Shown: positions 40,872 through 55,926, counted from the first letter of the stretch. The stretch: 64,000 nucleotides of DNA from Octopus vulgaris (GCA_951406725.2 OX597815.1:82088001-82152000), one strand, 5' to 3'. The notes: a model not told the origin generated them from the sequence alone. A program made the numbers and translations.

Positions 40872-41426
40872 CGATAGGTGAATGAATTATCCTATGTTTA
40901 CCGTCAACATGGAAAATTCGATGAACCGATACCAGGGAAGCAAATTCACGTCAGAAACACAGTTGAAGCGACCTGTCCAAGGATAGAAACTCCGGGTTCA
41001 TGTGCAGAAATTTGTGTGTTATATATGAATAAATAAATGAATGGAGTTGAACGAAGATGTTAATAAAATTCCTCTACTCTCGACCTATGTTTCGAAGACA
41101 ACATGATTTCATTCCAAAGGAATAAACGGTGCAAGATGCAATCTTCTCATCAGGAAAGAAAGGGAGCCTCTCACAACAAGACAAACAAAAATTGCGATGA
41201 CTGCCTACATGGTAAACAAAACGATAATAAGAGTTTTAAAAAAACCGTTAGTAGAATTGACGTCAAAGTTGGATAGTAGGAAGAGAAGGGTTAAAGGAAT
41301 AATAGGTGGGGAACAAGTGGAGAGGGTACGTTGATTAAAAGAATGTTCAAAGGCTTTGGAAAGAATTTCGCTATTGAAGTGGAGTGCACGTTAAGCTAAT
41401 TGTTCAAACCACAATGACTATCGTAA

Positions 41427-42025
41427 TCATTTATATGAGTAAAACGTATGTTTCTGCCAGTGTTTACATTTGTACGATTTCTCTATGAGTGTGTTTACAA
41501 GGGGAACCTTAGAGAAGAGAATATGGAAGAGTTCAGAGTTGCAAATGTTACAAAATCTCCTGCCCTTATCAAAAGGAAAGGATACAGACAGAATGAACCA
41601 ATCTAACTTAAAATCTATATTATTGTCTTTAAGACGCCAAACTAATTTACTTAGCCCTGTACTATGTCGTTTTTTACTATTTCTGAATGTTGAATAATGG
41701 TTTGAAATTCTCTTGGATAACTGGAAAGTGGACGCTCCTATATAGAAGAAGACATCGGTACCGGAAGAAATTCTACGCTGGTAAATAGAATTTTTAATCT
41801 TAGAATTACTAGACAAAAATTTAATTCTGTTGGGGTTGTCCTCCGAGATCGAAGCGAAGTTTTTATTGCTACGATTGTTGCTACTATTATTATTAGCACA
41901 ACCAACAACACTATTCCTATTATTATTAGTATTATTAATGGTAATACAACCAATAATACCATCAACAATAATACCGTTATTGTTATTACTATTAACATTG
42001 CCATTGTTATTAACACGACTATTAC

Positions 42026-42095
<70 letters not shown>

Positions 42096-42218
42096 GTTAT
42101 TATTATCATTGTTAACACTATCACTACTACCATTGCTATTACTATTAATACTATTCCTATTATTATGATTGTATGATGGGTTGGAATTAGCAAGATTAAT
42201 GCTGGAATTCCCGGGTGA
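41427..42218 (-). CDS. Truncated PLE ORF: Asn/Ser-rich linker plus GIY-YIG endonuclease domain
   Basis: NSIYQ...FYIGAS....KRISNHYSTF...HSTGLSKLVWRLKD...W.I...FCNICNSE...KCKH; frame stays open upstream through an (AAT)n-coded linker to the inversion junction; no start codon, so not independently expressed. Confidence 0.85.
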
Positions 42219-42328
42219 AGAACTTTGACGTCAATTCTACTAACGGTTTTTAAAACACTTATTATCGTTTTGTTTACCATGTAGGCAGTCATCGCAATTT
42301 TTGTTTGTCTTGTTGTTGAGAGAGGCTC

Positions 42329-42421
42329 CCTTTCTTTCCTGATGAGAAGATTGCATCTTGCACCGTTTATTCCTTTGGAATGAAATCATGTTGTCTTCGA
42401 AACATATGTCGAGAGTAAAGG
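42329..42421 (+). ncRNA. Type I hammerhead ribozyme in PLE pLTR (second copy 41071-41163 minus); predicted cleavage GUC| after 42410
   Basis: CCTTT-CTTTC-CTGATGA-GAAGA...TCTTC-GAAA-CATATG-TC-GAGAG-T-AAAGG; palindromic ACATATGT stem III. Confidence 0.88.
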
Positions 42422-42474
42422 AATTTTGTTAACACCTTCGTTCAACTCCATTCATTATATATATATATATATAT

Positions 42475-42512
<38 letters not shown>

Positions 42513-42791
42513 GTAAGAAGAAGAGAGAGATAAAGAGAGAAAAAGATAGATAGAAATAAAGATAGATAAATATATAGACAGATAGATAGATAAATAGATA
42601 GATAGATAGGCAGATAAATAGATAGATATATATGTGTGCATATAATCACCTACTACATAATGTTTTCAGAGACCAGGTTGTCATATATGCACCCATACAG
42701 ACGCGTAACATGATCCATACATATATTCATATTTAATTGTGTTATTAGTCAACATATTGAAGGTGTAAGACAATGTGTGCATGTATATACA

Positions 42792-43751
42792 CAAGGGTTG
42801 GACAAAATAATGGAAACACCTTAAAATTTCAAACAAATTTATTTTAATATGCGATAGGACCAACTTTAGCAGTAATTACGAATTCTACGAGGTATGGACC
42901 CGTACAAAGGTTGAATTGTTTCCAAAGGAATTTTTGCCCATTCTTCAACTAAAACAGTCTTCTGTTCTTGAAGTGATGATGATGGAGGATATCGACTCCT
43001 TACTTGTTTTTCTAAAATGCATCATAATTGTCCAATAATATTGAGTTCTGGGGACTGTGGTGGCCAGATAAGATGTTCAACTTCACTAGAATGTTCCTCA
43101 TGAGATTCAGTAACAATTTTAGCTGTGAATTGGTGCGTTATAATCCTGAAAGTTTGCGTTTCCTCCGGAAACAGTTCTGCAACCATAAGATGAATTTGAT
43201 CAGATAAAATGCTTAAATAATCTTGACTATTACCGTATTTGATGGCATATTAGACGCACTGGCATATTAGACGCACCCTCATTTCAGCAGGTCAAATTCA
43301 GGAAAAAAAGTTTTAAGCGTATTTAAGCATATATTGTTGAAAGCAGTCTAGCAGCACATTACAAAAGCAAAAAACATTGCTGTATAAAAGCAAGCATAAA
43401 AAAAGGAAAGCATACAAATTACAATAGTAATCATCTTTAATCATCTTTTTAACCAGAAAATTCTTCATCATCTTCTACACCAGAAAAGTCTTCATCATCT
43501 TCAAAACAAGGAACATCTTCATCACTACTGCTGAAATCACTGTCTTCAAATAATGCATCATCTTCTGTGCCATCAAGGGCATTGCTAATGCCACACTTCT
43601 TAAAAGCCTTCACAATGATTTCACCGTCAGATGGCATCGAGTTAGGGTTCCGATCAGCTGATATTAGTAAACGTGTCATGGATCGCAGCCTAACAATTTA
43701 CGGTAGATTGCTTTGATTTTTACGATAATTCGTATTTTAAAGTAATAATAC

Positions 43752-43822
<71 letters not shown>

Positions 43823-44837
43823 GCAATAAAATAATGAGGCATGAGTACGGAAAATATCATTAAGGCGTTAGCGTAGGTAGAAATACTTATCGTAAGCTAG
43901 GTTAGTGAGCGTCTAGGAGAAGATTAGCCTACGGGAGGGTCTTGACTTCGCATATTAGACGCAGGGCGATTTTTTGAGCCAAATTTTTTGGAAAAAAGTG
44001 CGTCCTATATGCTGTCAAATACGGTAATTCTGCTATGAAGGGAAACCATTGGGTCGGCAGATTTCCAAGATATAGTCCCCACCCCCCAGATCATCACTGA
44101 TCCTCCTCAATGTTTAACAGTTGGAAAAAGTAGTCTGGGTCATGCTTCTTTAGGCTGTCTCCACACGTATACTCGGCCGGAGGTCCGACATAAGGCTAAG
44201 AATAACTCGTCCGAGAAAATAACGTTCTTCCACTGCTCTAGGGACCAATTCTGTAGGTTTTTACACCACGCTAAATGATTTGCAACGCTTGTTTTTGAAA
44301 AGTAGTGGTTTTTTTGACTGCAGCCCTCCCATGAAATCCGGTTTTGTGCAGCTCCCGGCGAATAGTTTTTGTGGAAACTGGGTTCTCGAGGTGGTCATTA
44401 AGCTCTGCCGTAATTTTGGGAGCTGTACTTTTGTGATCCTTTCTAACAATTTGCGTATGAGTTCGACGGTCCGTATCTGAAAGTTTTTTTTTTTTTTTCC
44501 GGAGTTTTGTTTCAACGAGGAGGTTTTTCCCTCTTTCTCAAAGGCTGTCATTACTTTCAAGACAGTACTTCTTGATACACCAAACATTTCGTTATGCTAG
44601 AGCCTACCATACGAGCACCAGCAATTTGACCTCTTTGAAAGTCTGATAGATCTGTCATCTTAATGAATTTTAATTACTTTTTCTGATGATATCTGAAAAG
44701 AACAGCAATTTTAGCAAAACATATTAAGCAACACTAATAATAAATTAAAAAAATATAAAAATAAACAAGCTTTTGACGGTTTATAGCTATTTCAAAATTA
44801 TGATGCTAGGTGTTTCCATTATTTTCTTCAACCCCTG
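42792..44837 (-). mobile_element. Tc1-like transposon (decayed), interrupted by a pogo-like element
   Basis: TIRs CAAGGGTTGGACAAAATAATGGAAACACC / GGTGTTTCCATTATTTTCTTCAACCCCTG; MTDLSDFQRGQIAGAR, FGVSRSTVLKV, IFSDE, WPPQSPELNIIG. Confidence 0.93.
43233..44024 (-). mobile_element. Internally deleted pogo/Tc2-like element nested in the Tc1
   Basis: TIRs CCGTATTTGATGGCATATTAGACGCAC / GTGCGTCCTATATGCTGTCAAATACGG, TA TSD; C-terminal remnant EIIVKAFKKCGISNALDGTEDD plus acidic tail. Confidence 0.9.
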
Positions 44838-44838
44838 A

Positions 44839-44884
<46 letters not shown>

Positions 44885-44887
<3 letters not shown>

Positions 44888-45550
44888 TACGTAAGGCCGG
44901 TTTATGAGATTACACTGGATTTCCCGTCCATAAAGCGCTTAGCATTGAGGCAATTCACCAGATCCGTGACATGCTGGCACATGGCCTCTCTAGTGAGTGG
45001 CCTCTCTAGCCAATGGCTGAGGAAAGGACCTCGCTACACAATGTCAACAATAGGAGATTGTCTCCCTGTTATCTTCTGGATTTCAACAGGCCAGCAGGAT
45101 TTTCTGAAATGCAAGCACCGTTCTAAGATCTCTGTTCTGGATTTAAGAATGTTCCTCTGGTTTAGGGATCCCTTTAGTATCTTCGCCTGTTCCGCTATGC
45201 ACAATTTACAACACTTGGTCCCGCTTATGCAGTGGCCTGGATTTTCTAGGATTCTCCATGATATTGTGTGTGGATCCCATCGTCCTTCAGCTGCCCTACG
45301 TTGCTGGCTGAAAGAGGATCTGTAGTTGGAGAGGCGTTGCTTGAATGTGTTACCAGAGCAACCGATGTGACTCCGTGCTTGGGTGCTGGCCTATTGGAAC
45401 CCACTTACGATCGATAGCCAAAGGGAGACAATCCCCTGTTGCCGACATTGAGTAGCAAGGTCATTTCCTCCTCCATTTTCTTGAGAGGCCGCTCGCTATA
45501 GAGGCTATAAGCCAACAGTTTTGAGATCTGATGATACGCCGTAAAGCTAA
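44885..45550 (+). mobile_element. Possible decayed RTE-type LINE 3' fragment
   Basis: Higher-GC segment with weak remnants WPL, LMQWPG, WLKEDL in the order seen in RTE RT C-termini. Confidence 0.4.
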
Positions 45551-45729
45551 GTGTTTTCTTATTTAACTTTATATAAAATACTACTCTATAACTTAGAGTG
45601 TGCTTCTTTTTCGGATTTATGTTTTATCAACGATCGATATGTATGTATGTATGTATGTATGTATGTCTATGTATGTATGTATGTATGTATGTATGTATGT
45701 ATGTATGTATGTATGTATGTCTGTCAATC

Positions 45730-45881
<152 letters not shown>

Positions 45882-46288
45882 GCGTTGCGTTACGTGTGTG
45901 TATGTATATATATGTACGAATATGGGTCAGATACTTACATGTATACCTATATCCAAATGTGCGTACTTACACACACAGAAATTCGCAAAGCATTATTCGC
46001 ACGTTTATGCATAAGCATCACGTTTCCCCTATGTTATCAGTTGTCAGAATTTGAAACATGTATAAGTAACTGTTTGGCGCTAGGGACACGTTCAATATAC
46101 AATATTATTGCAGAAGGTGTAGATATATAATGCAGTTACATCTTACAAGATAGATGCACATTCAATATTGTTACATTTTTCAGTAGGGTGTGTATCTTCT
46201 TTCTGGTATATACATTCACTTCATGCATATTTAAATTCTCACACGTGTTCATTTATCAATATACGCGCATGTATAATATATATGTGTG

Positions 46289-46323
<35 letters not shown>

Positions 46324-46424
46324 TACAAAATATAAAGTTATACCTTGAGATCGCTAGTGACAACAACACTCAAAATATATAATAGACTGGAATAAGTAGT
46401 GCTCAAATGAGCTGAATACACTTT

Positions 46425-46710
46425 TTAATCCGAGGGGAGGCAATGTGAACAGCAACTAAAGGAACATTACAAAATCCACAGAAAGATCAAACACAAACAT
46501 ACATATTTATATATTTTTATGTGATGTTTATATTTTCATATGATATTTTTATATGATGTTTATATATTTATATATTACTATATTTTTAAACGTCGGACTT
46601 TATATCTGTTCTGTAGATATAAATGAATATATGACTATATGTATATGTTTGATCTTTCTGTGGATTTTGTAATGTTCCTTTAGTTGCTGCTCACATTGCC
46701 TTCCCTCGGA

Positions 46711-46714
<4 letters not shown>
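46425..46714. repeat. 76-bp inverted repeat ending at (TA)n
   Basis: 46425-46500 vs 46639-46714, about four mismatches. Confidence 0.9.
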
Positions 46715-46751
<37 letters not shown>

Positions 46752-47198
46752 GCACGTATGCATGTATTTCTGTGTGCTTGTGTGTATCTTCCATCTTTTC
46801 CCTTGTTTCAGTCATTAGACTGATGCGGAATTGCTAGTTTGTGTAAACAGACCAACACCGGTTGTCAAGCGGTGGAAGAGGACAAATGCAGATATAAAGA
46901 GACATACGCGCTCTCTTTTTCTGTCGGTCTCACACAAAAACACGCACGCACGCACACACACACACACACATACACACACACACACATATGCACGTACACA
47001 CATACGCGCACACACACGCATACACACATAAACATATATACTGACATAAATATACGTTTACACACAAAATTTCGTCTGGATTCTATAGAAGGTTGTTCGT
47101 TTGAGTGCGCGCCCATATGTGTGCGAATGTGCGAGCGTTCGAGCGCACTTATATGTATGCATGTATACACACACGCACGCACATACACACACACACAC

Positions 47199-47661
<463 letters not shown>

Positions 47662-48519
47662 CACATATGTTTGTATATGTGTGTGCATGTGTGTATGTAT
47701 AATAAGTAATTTGTGTACAATACTATCTCTATCAAAACTTCGAAGATTCATATACTCATCCTACATTACCTTTTGTAAATTTCTCCATATAACATAAACA
47801 GCTGTTAATACATTGTGACAATGTTTTACACAGACAAAACTATAGAAGATTATCTTGATATGATTCATAACTACATGGATACTCGTCAGAAAAGACGTAT
47901 CGCCCAACTATCTGACCATGAATGTAACTTACAATAGTCGCTATTTAAATTAAACACAAACCAGATTAATTTGAATACTCGGCATTACTGGTTGTCGTGA
48001 TTAAATAATTGGTGCTTTCATTAATGTAATTAACTTACGGCTTTTAGAGCTTTTGCAATAATATAAGCATGTATATCTTGTTAATCACTTGCAATGATCA
48101 ACCAAATTTGATAAATGTCGACAGAAAACTACGACGCACCGTTTATATATCATCATCGAAACTTTCTACTAGAACATTCCTTTTCTGCTTCTTTCTTCAT
48201 TTAGCCATTCTTCAATTTTTAATTCCTTCACTTTTCCTAATTTCCGCCATTTTACAATTCTTAACTTTCCCGCTACCACCCCTAACCACCGCCTTGCAAG
48301 AATGAGTCCTTACATTTTCACTTCCCCAATACTTGCAATTAATCATGGCTTTGGAATAAACCCCATTTCCCGATTAACTCAAAAGCAATTTTCATGCTCC
48401 TTAAAAATGTATATTGATTAACTACGAAAATTTTAAGCTTTTGAAGCTCATAAGAATGTGTACATTTTCACACACATAACTCATGTGCATCTACTTTTGT
48501 ATTATATATATATTTTCTT

Positions 48520-48965
<446 letters not shown>

Positions 48966-48974
48966 ATACTTATG

Positions 48975-49693
48975 TGATGGCTGAAACGAAGGAACAGCGC
49001 GCTTCCGAGAAGTGTTTTCTGCTGGGCAAAAGTGCGGCCGTTTTCATGCTATAGTTGTCATGCTTCAAACAGCATACAAGGTCGCTGCCACGAGCAAAAT
49101 ACAAGTTTACGAGCGGTTTTCACGCTTTAGGAATGGTCACTCCTCGCTTGATGATCAAACGGTTATCCTCGTTCAGGATAACCGTCGACCTCCCGAACAA
49201 AGGAAAACATCATGAAAATTCATGAACTGATCTTGGAGGACCGTCACTGAACAATTGACGAACTTGTTGATATAAGTGATTTGTCCTGGAGCTCCCGCCA
49301 ACGAATTTTGAGAGAGGGATTGCGAACAAAAAGAGTTGCAACAAAATTTGTGCCTCACTTGCTCACGGAAGACCAAAAGCAGTCACGACTGAATGAGTGC
49401 TGTCTTGAACTGAAAGAACAGCTGGAAGTTGATCTGAAACTCTTTTCGAAGGTCGTCACTGGTGACGAAAACTGATGCTACGGAATTTGCAGATGTGGAA
49501 GAGGTGAATAAAAGAACGACGGAATCATTAAAAGGCATCACTTCACAAGAGTTCCAGTACTGCTTCGAATAGTGGAAAACTCGTCTGGACCAATGCATTG
49601 CTTCAAATGGAGAATTCTTTGAAGGCGATAAAAGTGTAAACATGTAAAACTTAGTGAATAAAAGAACATTGCAAAATTCAGGTTTCCATTGTG

Positions 49694-49697
<4 letters not shown>
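48975..49697 (+). mobile_element. Internally deleted mariner transposase fragment
   Basis: MAETKEQRA, IQVYERFSRFRNG, KFVPHLLTEDQKQSR, KVVTGDE, ...RLDQCIASNGEFFEGD. Confidence 0.85.
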
Positions 49698-49740
<43 letters not shown>

Positions 49741-50271
49741 CACACACACACACACACACACAAACACATATGCACACAAATATGTAGGCACACATATACG
49801 CAGACACACATGTATGCACACACACATATAAATAGATAGATTAGATAGATAGATAGATAGATAGATAGATTAGATAGATCGATAGACAGATAGATAGATG
49901 AATTTACCCAAATAAAATAGATACTACAGAAACTCATTAATTCACTGGAAAGAACAAACAGCCCAAAACTTGCCAAATATTAAAATGAGTCTGTTAAATT
50001 TAGTTACACGTTTATTAATATTTTGAAATATAACTTCACAGTGGTCAGTTAGGTTTAGGTAATCGGTTTCTGACAAGAATGTAACGACAATTGAAATTAT
50101 AGCTCTGTTGAACCGTCTTTTACTAATTACATTAAAATTGCATAAATGTGACAGACATTTATGACTGTCTACTGTATCAAGTTTAATCAATTTAATTAAT
50201 TGATATATGTAATGACGGTTAAAAATCTAAGGTTTTTATCCCATAGGAAAGTTAAATACGTTTACGTCATA

Positions 50272-50356
<85 letters not shown>

Positions 50357-50362
50357 GCTATC

Positions 50363-50410
<48 letters not shown>

Positions 50411-50873
50411 TTTTTGTACTTGTTTCAGTCATTTGACTGCGGCCATGCTGGAGCACCGCCTTTAGAGTGGTGAAAGAGTACAGCAGGGATCACCACCTCC
50501 TGCCGGAGCCTCGTGGAGCTTTTAGGTGTTTTTTTCGCTCAATAAACACACACAACGCCCGGTCTGGGAATCGAAACCGCGATCCTCCGACCGCAAGTCC
50601 GCTGCCCTAACCACTAGGCCATTGCGCCTCCTATATATATATATATATATATTTTTTTTTTATTCTTTTACTGATTTCAATCATTTGACTACGGCCATGC
50701 TGGAGCACTGCCTTTAGTCGAGCAATTCGACCCCAAGACTTATTCTTTGTAAGCCTAGTACTTATTCTATCGTTTTATTTTTGCCGAACCGCTAATGTTA
50801 CGGTGACGTTTATACACCAGCATCGGTTGTCAAGCAATGTTGGGGTACAAACACAGACACACAAACATGTACA

Positions 50874-50983
<110 letters not shown>

Positions 50984-51739
50984 CATATATATACATATAT
51001 ATACACGTACATCCACACATACGCACACAAATACATAAACACACACATACGTATACACAAGCACACAGAGAAGGCACAGTGAACATGTCCTCTGCAGAGT
51101 TCCTAGTCTATATTAAGATTAATGCTACTGGAGCCTAGTTGTAAGTGAATTGTAAGTGAATAGACGGAGTAGTCCTGGTTGGGGAACATAGGAACATGTG
51201 ACAGAGTAAACTCCGCTAAATATGATGGCATGAAAACTAGTAGTGCTTTAGATATACTACCGAAAAGTTGAACCAACAAGTTAATATGTGGACATGTCTT
51301 CTTTTCATTTGTCATTAAGCTATATACGCAGAGTAAAAAAAAATTGTTTCTAAGTTATGAAATAATGAATTCGTGTATATATTTTTCTGTTCAACTTTAT
51401 CAAAACAACTCACTACATCTTTTAAGGGACTTTCCCTGGACAGAATACCACAATCTAAAAGCATTTAGAAATACACAAACATGAAATATGTTACATAAAT
51501 AAAAGTTTAAAGAACTGCTTCTAATTCAAAAATTTCAATTTTGTTTTACTTGTGAGGCACAGCTGCACATCAGTAGATAGATTTTATCCTGTCAGTTTAT
51601 ATTTCGCGCCAGCGATTTTCTTTCATCTCGAGGTGGGATTGAGAAAACAACACCAATGAACTAAAATAACAGCGAAATATCGATGTCTATCGTTCTCGTT
51701 CATCTCCTGGGCGATTCGTTTCGCCTGGCTTTGAATATA

Positions 51740-52087
51740 TACTCTTTTACTCTTTTACTTGTTTCAGTCATGTGACTGTGGCCATGCTGGAGCACCGCCT
51801 TTAGTCGAGCAAATCAACCCCAGGACTTATTCTTTGTAAGCCTAGTACTTATTCTATCGGCTGGGGGGCAAACACAGACACACAAACGCAAACACACACA
51901 TACATATATATACACATATATACGACGGGCTTCTTTCAGTTTCCGTCTACCAAATCCACTCAAAAGGCTTTGGTCGGCCCGAGGCTATAGTAGAAGACAC
52001 TTGCCCAAGGTGCCACGCAGTGGGACTGAACCCGGAACCATGTGGTTGGTAAGCAAGCTACTTACCACACAGTCACTCCTACGCCTA
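51740..52087 (-). mobile_element. Family A SINE (young, internal deletion)
   Basis: Near-consensus head and tail. Confidence 0.9.
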
Positions 52088-52987
52088 TAATTGTAGTTTT
52101 TCAGCACACGACGTCATTAAAGGGACTTTCCTTGGACAAAATACTGCTGCACAAAAGTGCTTAACAACACACATGCATTAAATATATGACATCGAAAATG
52201 CTTACTATTCAGTAACTTACACTGGATGTATATCTAAAACTACTGCTTCGTATATACTACTAAATATTTTTGAAATGAATCGAGATGTCAAGTAAATTTC
52301 GCGGTGAAACAATTTCGTATTTTATCTATAGTAGCACTTTTCAGATTTTATTTAATATCATATGTCAGTATTTTATTTTTGTGCTTTACACATGTTGGGA
52401 CAGATTTTCATACAACTTTATTTGTTTATTTTTAATACTATGATATCGTTCCGCTTACATTTTTTCTTTTTCATATGTTAATCCTCCTAATTAAAATACG
52501 CTTAAAATTAATGAGTTGTGAGCATTTGTCGATTTTAACTGTTTTTTTTTTTTAATTTAATTATAATTTTGTTCACCCTGCTACATTTTTCAAAGCGTGG
52601 TTTCGTCTGAAATATAACCCTCAGACATAAAACACATTTGTTTTTCTAATCATAAAGTAAAATGAGATTGAAGGAGAGATAAGGTTGATGTCTGAGACTA
52701 ATATATATTTTCTAATCCTTGGTGTAATTTGTTTAACGCAGGAGTTGACAACATGTGGGCCGCGGCCTACAAATGGGCCAGTGAGGCATTTATTCACTGT
52801 GGGTTTCGGACCTTTCTAAAAATTCTTCATATTAATGTTTGTTCTGAACCATTGAGTTCTTGATGGCTTTTAGATTGTCTTTTGCATACAAATTTGTGTA
52901 ACTTTTGCTAACATAAGCATTGCCGTTGAAAATGGTGAAACGCGGGATATTTTTGTATTTAAGAGCATGGGAGGTATGTCGTAAAGA

Positions 52988-53214
52988 GTGAGCTGGCAGA
53001 AACGTTAGCACGCCGGGCGAAATGCGTAGCCGTATTTCGTCTGCCGTTACGTTCTGAGTTCAAATTCCGCCGAGGTCGACTTTGCCTTTCATCCTTTCGG
53101 GGTCGATAAATTAAGTACCAGTTACGCACTGGGGTCGATGTAATCAACTTAATCCGTTTGTCTGTCCTTGTTTGTCCTCGCTGTATTTAGCCCCCTGTGG
53201 GCAGTAAAAGAAAT
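52988..53214 (+). mobile_element. Family B SINE with 16-bp TSD, inserted in the head of an older family A-like SINE
   Basis: AGGTATGTCGTAAAGA at 52972-52987 and 53215-53230. Confidence 0.9.
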
Positions 53215-53365
53215 AGGTATGTCGTAAAGAATCTCGATTCGCAACCACATGGTTTCGGATTCGGTCTTACTACATGGCATCTTGAGCAACCGTCATCTAC
53301 TATAGCTCCGAGTCGACCAGTACCTTGTGGATGAATTTCGTAGACGGCAACTCTGTGGAAACCAG

Positions 53366-53396
<31 letters not shown>

Positions 53397-54135
53397 AGCG
53401 AGTTTCTGTGTGTGTATGTGTATGTGTATGTGTGTGTATGTATGTGTGTGTGTGCATGTGTGCATGTGTGTATGTATGTGTGTGTGCATGTGTGCGTGTG
53501 TGTATGTGTGTGTGTGCGTGCGTGCGCGCATGTGTGCGTAGGTGACATAATCCAAGCTGTACCCTCGTGAAGGACATTTACATATTCACATTAATTAAAT
53601 GTATGTATGCAGGAGCTTTATCGTAAATAAGGAATAAGTAGCAATTGAATTTTCTAGTGTATTCTATTTGCAGAATAATTACGCATCAGACCAAAAGATT
53701 GGAGATATTTGGTATATTCCTAATTTCATGTTACATGTATTTCTTTGAAGGACAGGGGTTATGAAAGAGTATAAATGCAGAAAAACATGTATACAGTAAT
53801 TTTTGTGATTCTTCAAACAAAGATTTCTTGTGTGTCATAGTGCTTACGTTTATCCCCCATTACAGCCAGACAATAGGTTATAGTTTCTTCACGTTCTTGT
53901 AACTTGGCTGTTCGGCAAAAAAGACTGACGAAGTAAGGGCAAGACATAGAGTAAACACTAGGGGTCTATTCGTTCGACTAAACCTTTCAAGGTGTTGCCT
54001 CAGTATGGCCCTACTCCAGTGAAAGAAACAAATAGAAGATAAAAGACAAAACATTGTGTGGTAAGTAGCTTACTTCCCAGCCACACAGTTCTGGGTTCAG
54101 TCCCACTGCGTGACGCATTCGGAAAGTGTTTTCTA

Positions 54136-55224
54136 TTGGGTTGGCAACTAAGTTCCCACCGTTTCTTTAAATTTTGGAATCTATATTTGCAAGAATTCTA
54201 TTTTTGAGTCATTTTGAATCTATTTTGTTAATTTTTGTTTATTTTCAGATCAATAAAAATGAATGTCAAGTTAAGAAAAACGAACATTTTCGATACCTCA
54301 TTCTTTTTGCTTTTAATCAAAGTTCTAAGGCCGCAAAAACTGCTCGCGACATTTGTGCTGTGTATGGAGAGGGTGCTATAGCTGAAAGAACTGCTCGTGA
54401 TTGGTATACCGAGTTCAAATATGGAAAGTTTGACCTCAAAGACGCACCTCGTTCTGGCCGTCCAGTTGAGTTCGATGAAGAGCGATTAAACCAACTTTTA
54501 CACGAAAATTCTCGTCAAACGACAAGGGAACTGCCAAAGAAAATGGAACGTTTCCACACTGCTATAGAGAAAGAAGACTTCACTGCATGGGAAAGGTTCA
54601 GAAGTATGGAGCATGGGTTCCGCATGCTTTAAGTGACAACAACAAAAATCAACGAGCCAAAATCTCCGCTGGTTTGCTTGCTCATCACCGCTCAACTGAT
54701 GGACACAAGCAACGATTTCTTTACCGAATCGTTACTGGCGACGGAAAATGGTGCCTGTGTATCAATAGGAAGCAGCGTAAGGAATGGTTCAGCCCCGGTA
54801 AACAAGCGACAAGGCGCGTGAAACAAGATCTTCATCTGCGTAAAACGATGTTGTGCGTATGGTGGGACTGGAAAGGGATTATCCATTACGAATTGCTATT
54901 CAAGAGAAAAGACCTAATGGGCAGCATGGAGTTCTTCTGCTGCACGACAACGTCCGCCCTCATATCGTCAATATGACCAAGGAAGCCATTCAAACGCATA
55001 GCTGGGAAGTGCTGCCACACTCGCCGTACTCTCATGATTTGGCACCAGCGGAGTCGAAATCGGGTGATTTCTAACAATGAGGTATTGAAAATCTTGTTGA
55101 ACGTTCGGAAGAAGTTGTAAACAACAAGGGTGAATACATTAGTGATTAATTAGTTGTTATTTTTTATTAAACCTTTTAACAAATTTAAATTTAAAAAACC
55201 GTGGGAACTTAGTTGCCAACCCAA
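54136..55224 (+). mobile_element. Mariner element (internal deletions) inserted at TA inside a family A SINE
   Basis: TIRs TTGGGTTGGCAACTAAGTTCCCAC / GTGGGAACTTAGTTGCCAACCCAA, TA TSD; DAPRSGRP, WVPHAL, IVTGDGKW, LHDNVRPH, HSPYSHDLAP; SINE resumes CTGTAGCCTCAGG after it. Confidence 0.95.
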
Positions 55225-55528
55225 TACTGTAGCCTCAGGCTGACCAAAGCCTTGTGAGTGGATTTAGTAGACAGAAATTGAATGAAGCCCGTCGTATATA
55301 TATATATATATATCACCGTGATCACCGTGACAGACCAGGCTATCAGATGTTGTTACACATCGCTGGTCACAATGCGCTTCGCATTATTTTAGCCTTCAAA
55401 TGACGCCACCCCGCTGGCTAAGCGAGCAGGCCAATATATATGTATATATATATATATATATATAATAGAAATATTAAAATTACTAAGTCTCTCTAAAAGA
55501 GAACAACGGCAGCGTTCCCGGAAAATAT

Positions 55529-55926
55529 TAGTTATCGCCATACTAATATGGCATTCTTATAAAAATATGAATAAAGCTGACCGCTCATTAGCTCCATGAG
55601 GCCATCGCCTTAAGTTAGCTATTTGATACACAAACTGTATCCATATAACCTTCGAACAAGGGAGGTCAGTCGCTCCACACTACTTGACCGGCAGCTACAG
55701 ACACGTTTCGGGGTATTGCCCCTTTTCAATGCAGCGTAGCCAAACCAGTAGGTGTCGCTTCTGACAATCTCTGTTCAAAGGTTTTATTTACCTAGCATCC
55801 CTTGTTCGAAGGTTATATGGATACAGTTTGTTTATCAAATAGCTAACTTAAGGCGATGGCCTCATGGAGCTAATGAGCGGTCAGCTTTATTCTTATTTTT
55901 ATAAGAATGCCATATCAGTATGGCGA

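Larger units (their letters stand above)
41030..42456 (-). mobile_element. 5'-truncated Penelope-like element (Naiad-like GIY-YIG) with inverted pLTR at 42221-42456
   Basis: GIY-YIG ORF; 41036-41270 is the near-identical reverse complement of 42221-42456; hammerhead in both arms; TA tract at right end. Confidence 0.92.

Noticed and set aside
41427-41816. Selenocysteine recoding as reported for some Naiad PLEs
   Set aside because: No in-frame TGA within the preserved frame other than the terminal stop.
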